NCBI RefSeq assembly: GCF_006345805.1
Contig: NC_042999.1
Location: 144,770,001 to 144,834,000, forward strand
DNA: 64,000 bases
DNA from: Octopus sinensis
Taxonomy: Eukaryota
Direction: 5' to 3'
The notes beneath the pieces are model-generated. The model saw only the letters and a list, made by a program, of their open reading frames with translations, searched no databases and was not told where the DNA came from. How positions within the stretch are numbered: position 1 is the stretch's first letter; every line of letters starts with the position of its first letter. Of the stretch, positions 13,081 to 26,600 are shown piece after piece. A program made the translations under genes and the position numbers.

Positions 13081-14234
13081 ACAAACCAAGTACTAGTTTT
13101 GATTATAATGACAACAACCTCTCTGCAAGAAATGTGTAACCTTGTACCTGTCTTAGAAATCATCATTATAACCACCATTAGGCAGAGTTAATGGCAGAAT
13201 AAATGTATGCATTTGATTTTTAACTATTTTTTTTTTATACTGATGCATATTAAAACTTACAGGTACTACCAAAAAGTTTTTATTTTCATATTATGTTCTT
13301 CTGAACTGCTAATTTCTGGTGCTGAAAACTGTTGGTCATAGTCTTTTTTTCTTTCTTTCAGGGATGGGGAATTTTTCTCTCTTTTTTTTTTTCTTTTTTC
13401 TTTATCATTTCATGCTAATCTTGTGTATGCAAAATATGTAAATACTATGTTATGTATATTTTGTTGAAAATTATGCAAAAATAAATTAATTAATCAAAAC
13501 CATGTGTTAACCAAATTATTTTATATGTATATCATTAAGGAATTAGTAATATAAGAGACATTAGTATAAAAAGTTCCTGAGTTATATTGATCATAAAGAA
13601 AACCAATTAGTTGATAGGTTAGAACATCTCACCAACCTATAGCCTACATATGTTCTATTTTTTCACTTTGCCTTTTCTACTACAACTACAATAATCACAG
13701 AGCAGAATGGGATTTGATATGGGTAACTGGACATTGAACCTTTTTGTTGTGACTACTTTTTGGCACTAAAGATAAACACACATGCACACAGAAATATACA
13801 CATATAGATAAAGAGATACATTACAATTTATTAATTGAACATGATTGGTGTAAGCACTTCCTCTTCTCATATGCATAAATTTCTTTTTGCATACAAGCAA
13901 AGAGACTGAGAGAGAAGGAAGGAAATAACAAAAGAGATATTAAAATGAGAGAAGTATTAAAACATCTGGTGTCAATAAGTCAATGTCAAATTATTGATGC
14001 CAAAACATCCCATACCCTCCTCAGAGCTATCTAGTTTGATAATAAAACTCTACCTTATACATCTTTCTTTTTGTCACACATTCTGTTTCTTCACCTAACC
14101 ATGTACTAACTACTATGGTCAGTTCTTCCTACATGCTGGAATTTCCTTCCATCCATGTTTTTCTTACAGCTGTCAACTTGTAACTATTCCAGTATCATAA
14201 ATCCAGTAAAGTATTTATTCAAATCCAATTCTGG

Positions 14235-16131
14235 GCAGTGAACACTGACAGGGTCGGGGGTGTGGGTATACTTCTTGCAGAGAAATGGGTTAAGATATTC
14301 TAGGTAGTCAGAATCTGTGATAGAATACTTAAGATTAGATTAGTGCTGCAACATGGTTTAGCAACCATTATCTCAGCCTATGCCCCTCAGCCAGGGCTAT
14401 CTGACGAACAAGAAATACTGATTTTATGATACCCTCTAGCAGACTGCCTCATCGACAAATGACAGGGACCATTTCTATGTGGCTGGCGACTTTGATGGGC
14501 ATGTTGGACAACATGCAGGGGCTTCCATGGTGTACATGGAGTCTATGGTTTGGTTACTGCAATGAGAAGGGAACCAGGCTGCTGGAGTTCTGCCATGCAA
14601 ATGATCTTATGGTTTGTAATACTAACTTCAGGAAACCTGCCAGCCACCTACACACCTACCGATCTGGTGGACACACTAGTCAAATTGATTACATCATCAC
14701 TAGGAAACAGGAAAGATGGCTGCTTATAAATGCCAAAACCTTCACAGGTGAAAAATGCACCCCACAACATAGATTAGTAGTTAGTGACTTCAGGATCAGG
14801 GCTAAATGGATGCCCAGAAGACAGCCAGCATAGAGAAGAAGAGTCTGGAAGTTTAAGGATCCTGCAAATGGACAGAGATTTAGAGGCATATTACTCAAAG
14901 CTTTTGACAAAATAGAGGAGGATATAGCATCACATGATGTCGAAGACAACTGGAGGTTTCTATTGGAACAACCTGTTGAGGGTTGCTGATCAGATCTGTG
15001 GATGGTGCAAAGTCCCCTCTTGACCCAAGGTAACTTGGTGGTGGAACAATGTAGTTGACAGGGCCATTAAGGTAAAGAAACAGGCATGGAAGAACAGTGG
15101 TAGCAGGGAATTGTAGCAGACTGCCAGAAGGGAAGCTAGGAGACAGGCTTACTTAGCCAGAGTGGAAGCAGACAACAAAAAATATGCCAATGTTCTGCGT
15201 CATGAAGACCAAAGACTTGAAGTGTTTCGTATTGCAAAACAGTGTGTGAGAGAGAATCATGATGTTATAGGAGAGAAATGTGTCCGCATGGATGATGGCT
15301 CACTTGAATTTAATGAGGCTGCAAAGAGGGAGACCTGGAGACACCACTATGAAATGTTGCTAAATGAAGAGAATAAATGGGAGGAGAGTCTGCCAAATGT
15401 CGACCCAACAGAGGGACCAGCTATCCAAATTGACAGTACCTTGGTAGATAAAGCAATTAAGGGTATGAAGACAGGGAAAGCCCCCAGCCCATCAAGAATC
15501 ACCGCAGAGATACTTAAAATATCCGGCAGTGTCGGCTATAGTCTAGCCACCTGTACAGTCAATCAGGTGATACATGAAGGAGTCATACCCAATGACTGGT
15601 GTAGCAGCACCATAGTCAACTGCTACAAAGGTAAAGGTGATACATTAGATACAAATAATTACAGAAGTACCAAGTTGTTGGATCAGACAATGAAAGTCAC
15701 AGAGAAGGCTTTTGTTGACATTGAGAAAGCCTCTGACTGGGTCCCCCGATCCCTTATCTGGTGGTCAGTGCAGGAACTAGGGATAGACAAGTGGTTAGAT
15801 GAGAGCTGTACAAGCCATGAACAGGGAAGCTGCCAGTAAGGTGAGGGTTAATAATAAGTATGGTGAATAATTCTGAGTAGGAGTAGGGGTACACCAAGGA
15901 CCAGTCCTCAGCCCCCTCTTATTCATCATAGTCTTCCAGGCAATAACAGAAAAAGACAGGATGCCCCTGGAAGCTGATGACCTTGCTCTAATAGCTGAGT
16001 CACTATCAGAACTGGAGGAGAAATTTCAGGTGTAGAAGCAAGGTCTAGAATCAAAGGGCCTTAGAGTCACCCTAGCCCTCAGTCAAACCGTCCAACCCAT
16101 GCCAGCATGGAAGGCGGACGTTAAATGATGA
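14235..16131 (+). mobile_element. RTE-clade LINE, degraded (APE endonuclease + RT), internally deleted and joined to its 3' tail
   Basis: GVGILLAEKW, CNEKGTRLLEFC...SQIDYII (ORF 14426..14833), MKTGKAP..NDW..STIVNCYKGKGD (ORF 15162..15839), GVHQG.VLSP.LF; ends aacccatgccagcatggaaggcggacgttaaatgatga. Confidence 0.9.
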
Positions 16132-16339
16132 ATTGTAAATTCCTACAGTAAAACATTTATCAAAGTAATGTTATAGCTGTAAGAACCTTATTCAAAGCTC
16201 TTCCAATTATAGTTTTACTTCAAGTTGAACAAGGTTCTGAAAACCTTATTCAAGTGAAGAGCCAAGTTTTTTTTACATCAAACTCGTAGCCGTGTTAAAT
16301 ATCAATTACCATATGACAAGCTGAATTACAAGATATCAT

Positions 16340-16450
16340 CAATTATGTACATTATTTACAATTGATGAATATTTGTCCTCATCTTGTTTGTTGTGAACAC
16401 AATGTAAATAATGTACATAATTCCTCATCTCTTAAATATAGAACTGTATC
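16340..16450. mobile_element. Penelope-type pseudo-LTR remnant with short fold-back (same family as 37030-37200)
   Basis: attatgtacattatttaca and tgtaaataatgtacataat are inverted; the body matches 37030-37105. Confidence 0.7.
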
Positions 16451-16469
16451 ATCAATTATGTAAACATCC

Positions 16470-17085
16470 ACATTTGGATGATGCATTTTACGTGCCACTG
16501 GAATGGGAGCTAAGTCAGGGGACACTGGCCACAGCTATAATTTTGGTTTTACTTGACTCAACAGGTTTTCTCAAGCATATCATATCACCCGATGCATCAA
16601 GGGTACTCTTAAATGGGCCAGACATGCAACACTGGCATTGGCTGCAATCTCACTTTAGTTGCTGGGTCTTCTCAGACACTGCATATCTCCAAAGGTCTCG
16701 GTCTCCTGTCATTGCTTCTGTGAGGCCCAATGTTCGAAGGTCATGCTTCACCACCTCATCCCATGTCTTCCTGGGTCTACTTCTTCCTCAGGTTCCTCCC
16801 ACAATTAGGGTGTGGCACTTCCTCACACAGCTGTCCTCATCCATACATAACACATGACCATACCAGCACAGTCCCCTGTCTTGCACACCATATTTGATGC
16901 TTCTTATGTCCAATTTTTCTCTCAGGGCACTTACACTCTGTTGTGTATGCACACTGACGTTATATATCCAGCAGATCATACTAACTTTATTTCTTTCAAG
17001 CCTATGCATGTCGTCAGCAGTCATGGCCCATGTTTCACTGCTGTGTAGCATGGCAGTTTGCACACATGCATCATCTCTTGAGAAA
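16470..17085 (-). mobile_element. RTE-clade LINE 3' fragment
   Basis: ORF 16788..17063 LHSSETWAMT..DMHRLERN..RGLCWYGHVLCMDEDSCV (RTE C-terminus). Confidence 0.85.
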
Positions 17086-18983
17086 CATTGTTATTATTGG
17101 CATGTCTACTTAATCCAATGTTCATTCATTCTGTAGACCATTCTGACTTGATTTGCATTCAAGCTGTCAATGAGAATCTTATGTGATAAGGATCTTTTGC
17201 ACTTTGTTGAAGTATAAGTTTGGTTTCAAATATAGTCCACATGAATGTTCCTCCCTTGTTAACAAACTAATCAAATTAAGATGTGGGTTGTATTTGTCTA
17301 GTTGTTGATAATATATTTAAGATAACTTGATCACCAACTTATATATCTAAGTACATGGTCTACTAATCACCCTCTAGTTCTTGTTATATTTTGCTTTTTT
17401 TAATTATTATTATTACTATCTGCTGTAGCTTTATTGTTATGGGGATTTTATGATGTCAGTGTTTGTCGAGCAAGATGTAATTTAAGGATAAAGTAGATGG
17501 TTAACAAATTTTCCTTTTCCACTGTCTTCCTGAATGAACTTAAATATGGAAGTAGAAACAGCTGTACACGTGAAAGTCAGCTGCTTCTGTTGTGTATCTC
17601 CAGTTCAGACTTGAACAAGGAGAAATATGATCAAAAACATTCCATCCATGACCATCCCATTCTATTTTACTTATGTGTAAGGAACCAATGTCACATTATC
17701 CATATCAGTTTTTAAAATGATAGTGTGTAACTTAGAGGAGATTGGGCTGCTATTTCAAGCAAATCAAATGACCACATAGAGGCTCCTTCATTGACTTTAA
17801 TTGTCTTTGTGGAAACAGTTGTGTCAGTTAATAAACAGGCATATTGTTGGAAAGTAGTCATAGTGGAAGTATAGCAGGCAAATGATACTACATGAGTTGT
17901 TGACCATCCCCTACATCAATCTGCCAGTCTTGGAAGGCTTGCTAAGGTCATTTGCACAGTTCCTTGGTCCTGACTAAAACCATAAAAAAAAATTACTATT
18001 TATATACAAGCTTTGCACAGAGACAATATCAGCCAAGGAGAGGAAACTAAATATTGCTAGATTGGATACTACTTTTGTTACTGTATTTTTCATTTGAATG
18101 CTCCAGTAACTTTTAGATATTTACAAATTCTTAAAGGGATCACTTTCTTCTTTTCATATTGTTAACTACTCGACCATAAAGTAAAATGGGTATGAGGTAG
18201 CTGGGTGCAGGGAGAGAGACAACTACAGTTGTGGATAGTATTGTGGCTGTTCCAGTTTACTCAGCCTTAATGAAAATCAGCTAAGTGTTGATGCAGCCCT
18301 CTCCTTACTATCACATTCAGGATGTTCTACTAGGTCAAGCATGAGGGGCCAAGATGGTGTCTTATTTACAGACAATTACATAGTCACCTAGTTAAAAAAA
18401 CAAGAACAAAAACAAAAACAAACTGAGAGTTACATGTTACTAAGCCAGACATAATAATTCAGTAAAGTACTTTCAAGTATCTCAAACTTTCACAGTTGTG
18501 TAGAATTAATGACAATGAATAAAGGACAAACCAGGGTATTTATAAATAATGAAGACATTAAAATGTCTGTGGGTGCTTTGTCTATCATAATATCAACTTT
18601 CATTCATAAAACAATTTTTTTTCCCAACAGTTTAGACATAAACAATAGGAGTTCATAAAATATTTTACAACTTTTGAATAGGACACTCTAGTTTAATTGC
18701 TTGTTTAGCAAGGAGATGATTGCAAGGAGGGGAGCGATTACAGTCGAAGATAATGTTACATACACATAGCAGTATGTATGTGTGCATGTGTATATGTATA
18801 CATTACACATGCATACACACACACACACATTTTATATAACAAAAATGTTATTGACACAAGTATGCTTGAACTTGACATTAACATCAGAAGATAAAGGACA
18901 TTAAAATACTAAAGTGCAGTAAATGTTACAGTATGTGTGTGTAATATATACATACATACCTATACATATACATACATACACAC

Positions 18984-19044
<61 letters not shown>

Positions 19045-19047
<3 letters not shown>

Positions 19048-20041
19048 GGTGCAATGGGTAAATTGTCGCCTTTTTATATTTTTCATTTTGCACATGCACA
19101 TTCTTTGTTTTCAATTTTGTTGACTACACAATATGGTAGGGTCAGTTGGGCACTGTCTGTGAGAAAAACATCGCCATGATGCAATTTATTCTGCTGGAAA
19201 TTTGAAAACACCATACTGTAATGCTCAGTATTCACACTGGAAGCTCTAATACGAACATTTCAGAGTGTTTAAATATTAATCTGAGGATTTGTACCAAGTG
19301 TGATAAAAATCAAACATCCTGTCAACATCATGGTGTTTGGATGTGATCCCTAGTGATGGCGACATTTTGCCTCCATTCATCTTGCCACACAGCCTCAGAC
19401 TCAACATGAAGGTTTACTTTAATTGCCTGGAGGGGTTTAGTGCTGCCCTGGGTCAAGAGGATGGCTGCTGGAAGACCCTACATCTGGCAACAGGACTCTG
19501 CACCATACCACATAAGTAAGAGAACCTAGTCATGCCTGTCAGACAATTTCTGCAACCACATCACCCCTAACATCTGGCCACCTAACTCCCCAGACTGCAA
19601 CCCCCTTGATTATAATGTATGGAGTGCAGTTGAGCAAAAGACCAACAAAACTCCTTGTAATACCAAAGATGGAATGAAGATAAGGATTATGGCAGCATTC
19701 ACCAACTTAAACAAGGAGACCATCCGGAAGAGTTGCAGAGATTCTGAAGTCATCTGGAGGTCGTGGTTGAAATCAATGGCAATTTTATTGAAATAAATAA
19801 TTTACTCTTTAATATTTTAAGATATTTTTATGTACTTTTGGTAAATGTATCTGTTAAAATGAGATCATCATCATCATCATCATCATCGTTTAGCGTCCGC
19901 TTTCCATGCTAGCATGGGTTGGACGGTTCGACCGGGATCTTGGAAGCCAGGAGGCTGCACCAGGCTCCAGTCTGATCTGGCAGTGTTCATGTTATTTTCA
20001 TTTTTACATAATTTAGATGACAGTTTATTCACCACACCCTG
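19045..20041 (+). mobile_element. maT-type (DD37D) Tc1/mariner element, internally deleted, with an RTE-tail insertion at 19864-19987
   Basis: TA|CAGGGTGCAATGGGTAAATTGTC and a degenerate right TIR ending ccctg|TA; manual translation IWQQDSAPYH...WPPNSPDCNPLDY has 37 residues between the last two Asp (one in-frame stop). Confidence 0.8.
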
Positions 20042-21078
20042 TATATACATATATTCTTTTTTTCTTTTTCTTTTTTTATAATGCTGGGACATTGCCTTCA
20101 AAGGAGATGCTCATATATATATATATATGAGCCTCTCCTATATTTCACTCCATTGCTTGCCTCACTGTATCACCCCACCTATTCTTCACTGCCCCCAATG
20201 TCCCAACACATCTTCAAATATATAGAGCAGCATATATCATCATCATCATCATCATCGACATCATCATCTCATCATCACCATCGTCATCACCACCACTGCC
20301 ACCATCAACAGCAGCATCATAATCATCATTATGTTTACATTCACTTCTTCCATGTTAGCATGGGTTGAATGAGACTTCTTGAAGCTTGGTGCTCTTTCTG
20401 GCACCAACCTTTACTTGTTGTCAAATACATCAAATTATTGCACTGGTTCCATCACATAGCAAAGCAGCCAATCTCTGAAACACATTGTTTATGTGGGACA
20501 TAAACAAACTACTACTACTTTAGAAGGTGTCAATACAAAGATACACAAAAACACATCTGACCATATGTCTCTCTGTCACTGTCTGTCAGTCTCTCTCTCT
20601 CTCTCTCTCTCTCCAGTAAGCATGTAGCTTCCATTAGTGTCTCTCTCACATTACCCGCTACCATTACTGTCATTTCAATTTTTCCCTCCTCTTCCATACC
20701 TGTCACCCCCATTACACTCTTTCCTCCTTTACAAACACATTACTTTCTCTGGTCATATAAACCCACTTTTTGTTTGACATGGTTGTTGCTATTGTTTGGC
20801 TCCAGATCAGCACTGATTGAGTAATAACCCTTTGATTTAAAAGAAGTCCATCTGTAACCACCTTGTCTTTGTGTAGGAAATCTAGAACCACTTTATCCTA
20901 TGTATTCTTTTATAGGATGGTAGGGTGTTATTTAAAGAAGATTTGGTTGCTATTTTTACCTGTTTTCACTACCACACAAACTTATTTTCATTTTATGATG
21001 ATGCATTTTATGTATGAGTCTATATATTTTTATAAAACCACTAATAGAAGTCCTTCATTTATGATGATGTTAATGTTT

Positions 21079-21106
21079 TACACACACACATACTCACACA
21101 CACACA

Positions 21107-21165
<59 letters not shown>
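21079..21165. repeat. (CA)n microsatellite
   Basis: Directly visible. Confidence 0.95.
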
Positions 21166-21167
<2 letters not shown>

Positions 21168-22989
21168 TTATGTATATGCTTATGTACATGAACTATAAAT
21201 ATACTTAATCAATTCTGACAATTAGCTGTGTTTGTGTGTTCATATATGTATTTAAAGCCTCTTGTTTGTAAAGCCACTTGGTTATGTAAGTGTTTATAAA
21301 AGTACTTATTCCTTTAAGAATAACCAAATGATTCAAATATAACTTGTCTCAGGAAAGTTCTTCATAAGGAAATTAAATAAGATATTTGTATAATGAGGGG
21401 TTGTTGACATATGATAGGACAGAGAATAGGTATAAGAGTGGGAGGATATCTGATAAATGAATGGGAGAAGAGCAAACAAGAATAGGAAAGGAATAGGCAG
21501 AAAAATGGAGAGGAAACAGACAAGAGGGAAGGTCAGTTAGTTGGGTGGCTACCTGATTAAAAGTTTAGTTATGATGCATGTAGCAGAGTCAAAGACCATT
21601 TGCTCAGAAGAGAAGGCAAGTAGTGGCAGCGCCTGAAGTGAATGCTCTACTACTACTGCTGTTTCCAAAGTACTGTGAAATTCAGCTCTAGAAAGGTCAG
21701 AGCAGAAACAAGTGAAATCACTTTGCCTTTGGGGTTTCTAGTACTAGAGCCCAACAACTGAAAAGCCAAGAGAACTTCTCTAAAGTAAAACAGGTCAAAG
21801 ATTTTGATTAATGGCACTGTCTTACTGTCTTACAATGATAATAGAAGGTGGAGATGGAAATTAGAGAAGAGTTGAAGACCACAAAAGAGAAAAAGGGAGC
21901 AGAAGAGAGGACTGACCTCAAACATAAAACAAATATGACAAAGGAAGTCCTCACAAAGAGGTACTCACTGCCATAGAATACCTGAAAACAGAACACTAAC
22001 TTTTGGATGTAATATTAACTCTAGAATGGAATTATATTCATATAAATTACATAGAAACTGGGAAGTAAATAGGGTACAAGTATCAGGTGCATCTAAATGA
22101 CTGAAGTTTGAGGAAGACTACAGTAGCAATTAATAAATAGAAGGACTACATCCCTACTAAAGCCAAAAAGGATCAGTAGTAACTTTGGTGTGCCTAGTTT
22201 AAAGAAGTGATCAGAACATGGTACTTTCGTACTCTTGTATGGGTAGGCTCATCATTGTGGCCATCGTCATCATCATCATCATCATCATCACTACTGTTTT
22301 GACGTCTATTTCTCCATATACACATGGGTCAGATGGAATTTGCTGAGGCAGATTTTGCTATGGCCAGATGCCTTTCTTGTTGCCAATTATGACCTGCTTC
22401 TAAAAAAGGTGATATTTCCTCATAGCCAGTCATGTGACTGTGATTGCATGGCAGTGACACTTGTTTGTATCTTGGTATGTCAAGACAGAGACACAAATTC
22501 ACACACACAGATACATATATATATGTAGGCGTGTGTGTATATGTGTGTATAAGTGTGTGTGTACGTGTACATACATACACAGGGCTGGATTAAGCCCCAT
22601 GGAGGCCCTAAGCACTTAAAAGATTTTGGTGCCCCCATGTATATGTAATTCAAAATATAAACAATAATAAACCATAAAATAAATATTTAGTTTTCAAAAT
22701 GAAACAAAAGTAACTGTAAGATGAAAAATTACACTGGTCAACAAAATTAAATGTATCATATTCTTTATGAATGCAAACCAACTTTTTTAGACAAATTTTT
22801 CATGCTGATTTCAAAATTTCACTCCATTTGTATGCAGCACTTCTCAGTGTTTCAGTAGATACATGCAAACATTTATATATTTGTGTATATGAAATCATTA
22901 ACGTAATAAATAAGGACATATTATTTTTAGAAAGCAATTGAGTTTATTGAGTTAAAAATCATCACTATCATTCTACAAAGAGTGAATAA

Positions 22990-23600
22990 ACAAAAAATGG
23001 GTCAGACAAAACAAACAAAGTTAGAACAACAGAGTTAAAAACATTGTGGTTTGGATTTCCTGTAGTGTTCCTGATCTGGTTGATCATGGTAAAGTGTCCA
23101 GCAGTAGTCAGTCAGCATACTGTCATTCCAGAAGCCTTGGTACCGATTCTCCACAGCACTAATGTCCTGGTGAAATCTTTCACCATGTTCATCAGACACT
23201 GCTCCAAGGTTATCTGTGAAGAAATCTGGATGGGATTTCAAGAAGTGAACTTTCAGTGACATGCAACAACATTTCAGAAGATTCTTGGTGCTATTCTTGT
23301 AGTCCATTTCCTTGTTGCCAAGAATTTCTTACATATCCAATTGAAAGCACCCCAGGCAGGCAGTTCCAGTTCATCCAATATTGTCTTGAAGTTGACATCT
23401 TTGAGTACTTCTCTAATTTGGGGTCTGACAAAGATACCTTCTTTCAACTTCACCTGTGTGATTTTTGGAAACTTTCCTACAATATACTCAAACCCTCTGG
23501 CATTTCTTTTCACTAGTGTCTTTACAAATTGTTTCATCAGTCCAAGCTTTATATTACAAAGGAGGCAATAGGACATTACATGGATCTACAAGATAGGCTG
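22990..23600 (-). mobile_element. Chapaev3-like transposase C-terminal fragment (frameshifted)
   Basis: ORFs 23274..23576 (IKLGLMKQFVKTL..KEGIFVRPQIR) and 23035..23307 (MSLKVHFLKSH.DFF..NLGAVSDEHGERFHQDI..RYQG.W..ML.DYCW). Confidence 0.7.
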
Positions 23601-26600
23601 GTGGACAAGACTGAGGCTGAATGAGCCAACTTTGAGTGTGTTTTTCTTAGCTGGAAGAAAGAAACTAAGGAGTGGATGCCTTGGATGTGACAGAGTAATC
23701 CAAGTTTTTGTATGGTGTATCCCTAAATATGCTTGGAGAACTTTCCTTATAGTAACTTTATATTGTTACATTTAAAAAAAATTTTGTTGGCTTCATTTTT
23801 ACTTTATGTAAACCTCACATTTGTGTGTATATATTTTGTCTCTGTATTATCTTCAGTGTTTTGGGCCCTTGTGGCTAAAAGAAAAAAATCATTATCCAAG
23901 CCAGTAGAATTGATAGAGTATTGCAAAAAAAATACTTTACAGTATTTCTAGATTTTTTACATTTTGAACTTAAATCCATCCAAGGTCTCAATTTTACTTT
24001 TCTTCTTTCCAGAATCAATAAAATAAAGTACCATTCAAGAACTGGCATTAACTTACCTTCTTCCTTCAAAATTGTTGGCCTTCTGCCTATATCAGCAACA
24101 CTTATCACTATTATTCCTTTCCTCCTTTAGTACAGTTTCAGATCTTGTTCATGTAGATTATCAGTTCTCTCCATCAAGGTATATTACCTTAAGCAGAGAG
24201 TATTTTTCACAGGATGTTTATGGTTCTAAGTTGTGCTGATTTTTGTAAGGCTACACTATTAGGTGTTATATCTAACTTGTTGATATGTAATGCAAACTTG
24301 TTAGGATGGGGCCAAAAGCTCCAATTATTAATGCTACAATACTTGGGACAAGAGTTTCAGCTGGATCTCCAAATACTTATCAATTTTATTTGGTCTCTTT
24401 GCTATCTATATTATGGTCACTTGAGATGAGAATGTGAAGGTGGAGAGGGAGATATTGACCTCAAGTGAATTTGATGAAAGGTGATTGAAAACGATGAGTG
24501 AATAGCCCTTCTTTCACCATATACCTGTAGGGAGAGTGACAAAACTGGAAGATGGTTGTTAGGACAATCCTGTATTTGTGGGGTTCCTAGAGTGGTTTTA
24601 GTTATTTTCCCTAGTTGCTATTGTTGATAATTTTCACTTGCTTCTTCACAACCTGCTGTTCTTATTTTCCTCTCAGTGATGTGGGACATTGTGGCCAATT
24701 AAAGAAATTGCAGTTGTGTGTGTATGTGTGTGTATGCTTAACCTACTAAGTGAGGTTATCTCATTGACAATTTAATGTCTGATATTGTGTAAAATAAAGA
24801 TGACACCACTCATCAACAAACATTCTAATACTACTGTAACTAGGCGGGATGATTATTTATCACAATTGCTTCATAATAGATTCTAGAACAAGATAAATAT
24901 TTGATAACAATTACTTAAGTTATTTTATCACTATTCTTCTTTCCTGGTATAGTATAATGAAAATGTGAAATAAATAAATGGCTTACACATAAAATATAGG
25001 ATCAAAAGTCAAGTTTAGTGGACTTTTCAGTAAATGGTTTCACAGTTTCACATAATCAGAAGTATTTTATTCTTATCAAGAAGCTTTTAAATCATATAGA
25101 GGGATTGGACAAAATAATGGAAACACCTAGCATCATAGCATCATAATTTTGAAATATCTATAAAATGGTCAAAAGCTTGTTTACTTTTTTGGTTTTTTTT
25201 ATTTATTATTAGTGTTGCTTAATATGTTTTGCTAAATTATTGAGTCTTTCTGGCAATAAAGGACCATAAATGAAATAATTTCTGTTTTGTTTATGTACAA
25301 ACTTTTTAGTTTTTTTCTTTTTTTCTTTTTTTTTCTTGCTGTACTCAGGAAGACCTGTACTCCACAGCAGAAGTGTTAAGACTAGTCATTCTGGTGAAAA
25401 GCACTCATGGTAGTACTACAAGAAAGTGCCTGTGTGGTGCCACGTAAAAGCACCGAGCACACACTGTAAAGTGGTTGGCATTAGCACTTGTCAAACTATC
25501 CAACCCATGCCAGCATGGACAATGGTTATTAAATGATGAGAATGATGTTGCTGATGATGATGATTCCTTTTTCTATGCTTACAAAAGTGAGATATTTATA
25601 TGCTGGAATTATTGATTTTTGCAGGGGAATCCTTCTTCTAACACAAATTATGAACTATAATGACCTCATTATAATCCCATTCGTATATAGAATACTTTAT
25701 AGGAATATTAAATTGACCCAGTAACCATGACAGTAAAAGGTCAGGGAAGCCTGGGAGTTTTCCATTCTCCTAACAACCTTATCCAGACTTGCGAAATTTA
25801 ATATAACTTTGTACATATCCTATTCATACCATAATCATGATCATGCTTCCACAAAAGTCACTTTTATGTTTATATGTATTTCCTTTGCAGACCATACTAA
25901 TTTATTCCTGTAGTCCTTTCTTTTCCACATTAGCTTGTTAAACAGGCATCAGCAGATAAATACTGTAAATAATATTTTTGTTAGGTTTGCACTTTATTTT
26001 GTCTCTATTTTATTTTAGGTAAAATCTATTAAGTTTTTCTGCATTTCTGCATTCCATTGTTTTCCATATATACCAAAGGGAATCAAGCATTTACCAGCAA
26101 GTGTTAACTTTGCTATTATCTCTTGTTTAACTTCAATTAGAACCATCATTAAATCCTCTCCTTATTATGTTATTTTTATGAAGTTACTATACAGGCTTCC
26201 CAAACTCATTATTTGCCAGTATTCATATTTACATATAAACAATTTGCTGTCTAGTGTGCTAGTTTCTCATTTTTCATAGTTGTTTATCTGCAGTGAAGTC
26301 ATGTCATGTCCTATTTTCATTTTGTTCATATGAAAACTCCCTTCTTTTTGTTCAATAGCTATAAATAAATATGGTAACTGTTTCCTTTCTCTACAAATTA
26401 AACTTGTTCTACTTTTTGTTTTAATTTATATTGCTTCTTATATTTTAGTATTGTTAAATTGTTTCTTATCATTTATCATTCATTGTTTATATTTTACTTG
26501 AAGCTTAACCCTAATTATCCAAGTTTCAATCTTGAGTTTTTATAAATTACATCCATGAGCAAAGTATAGTAGATCAGAAAGTCAAGTGGGATGTTTTTGC

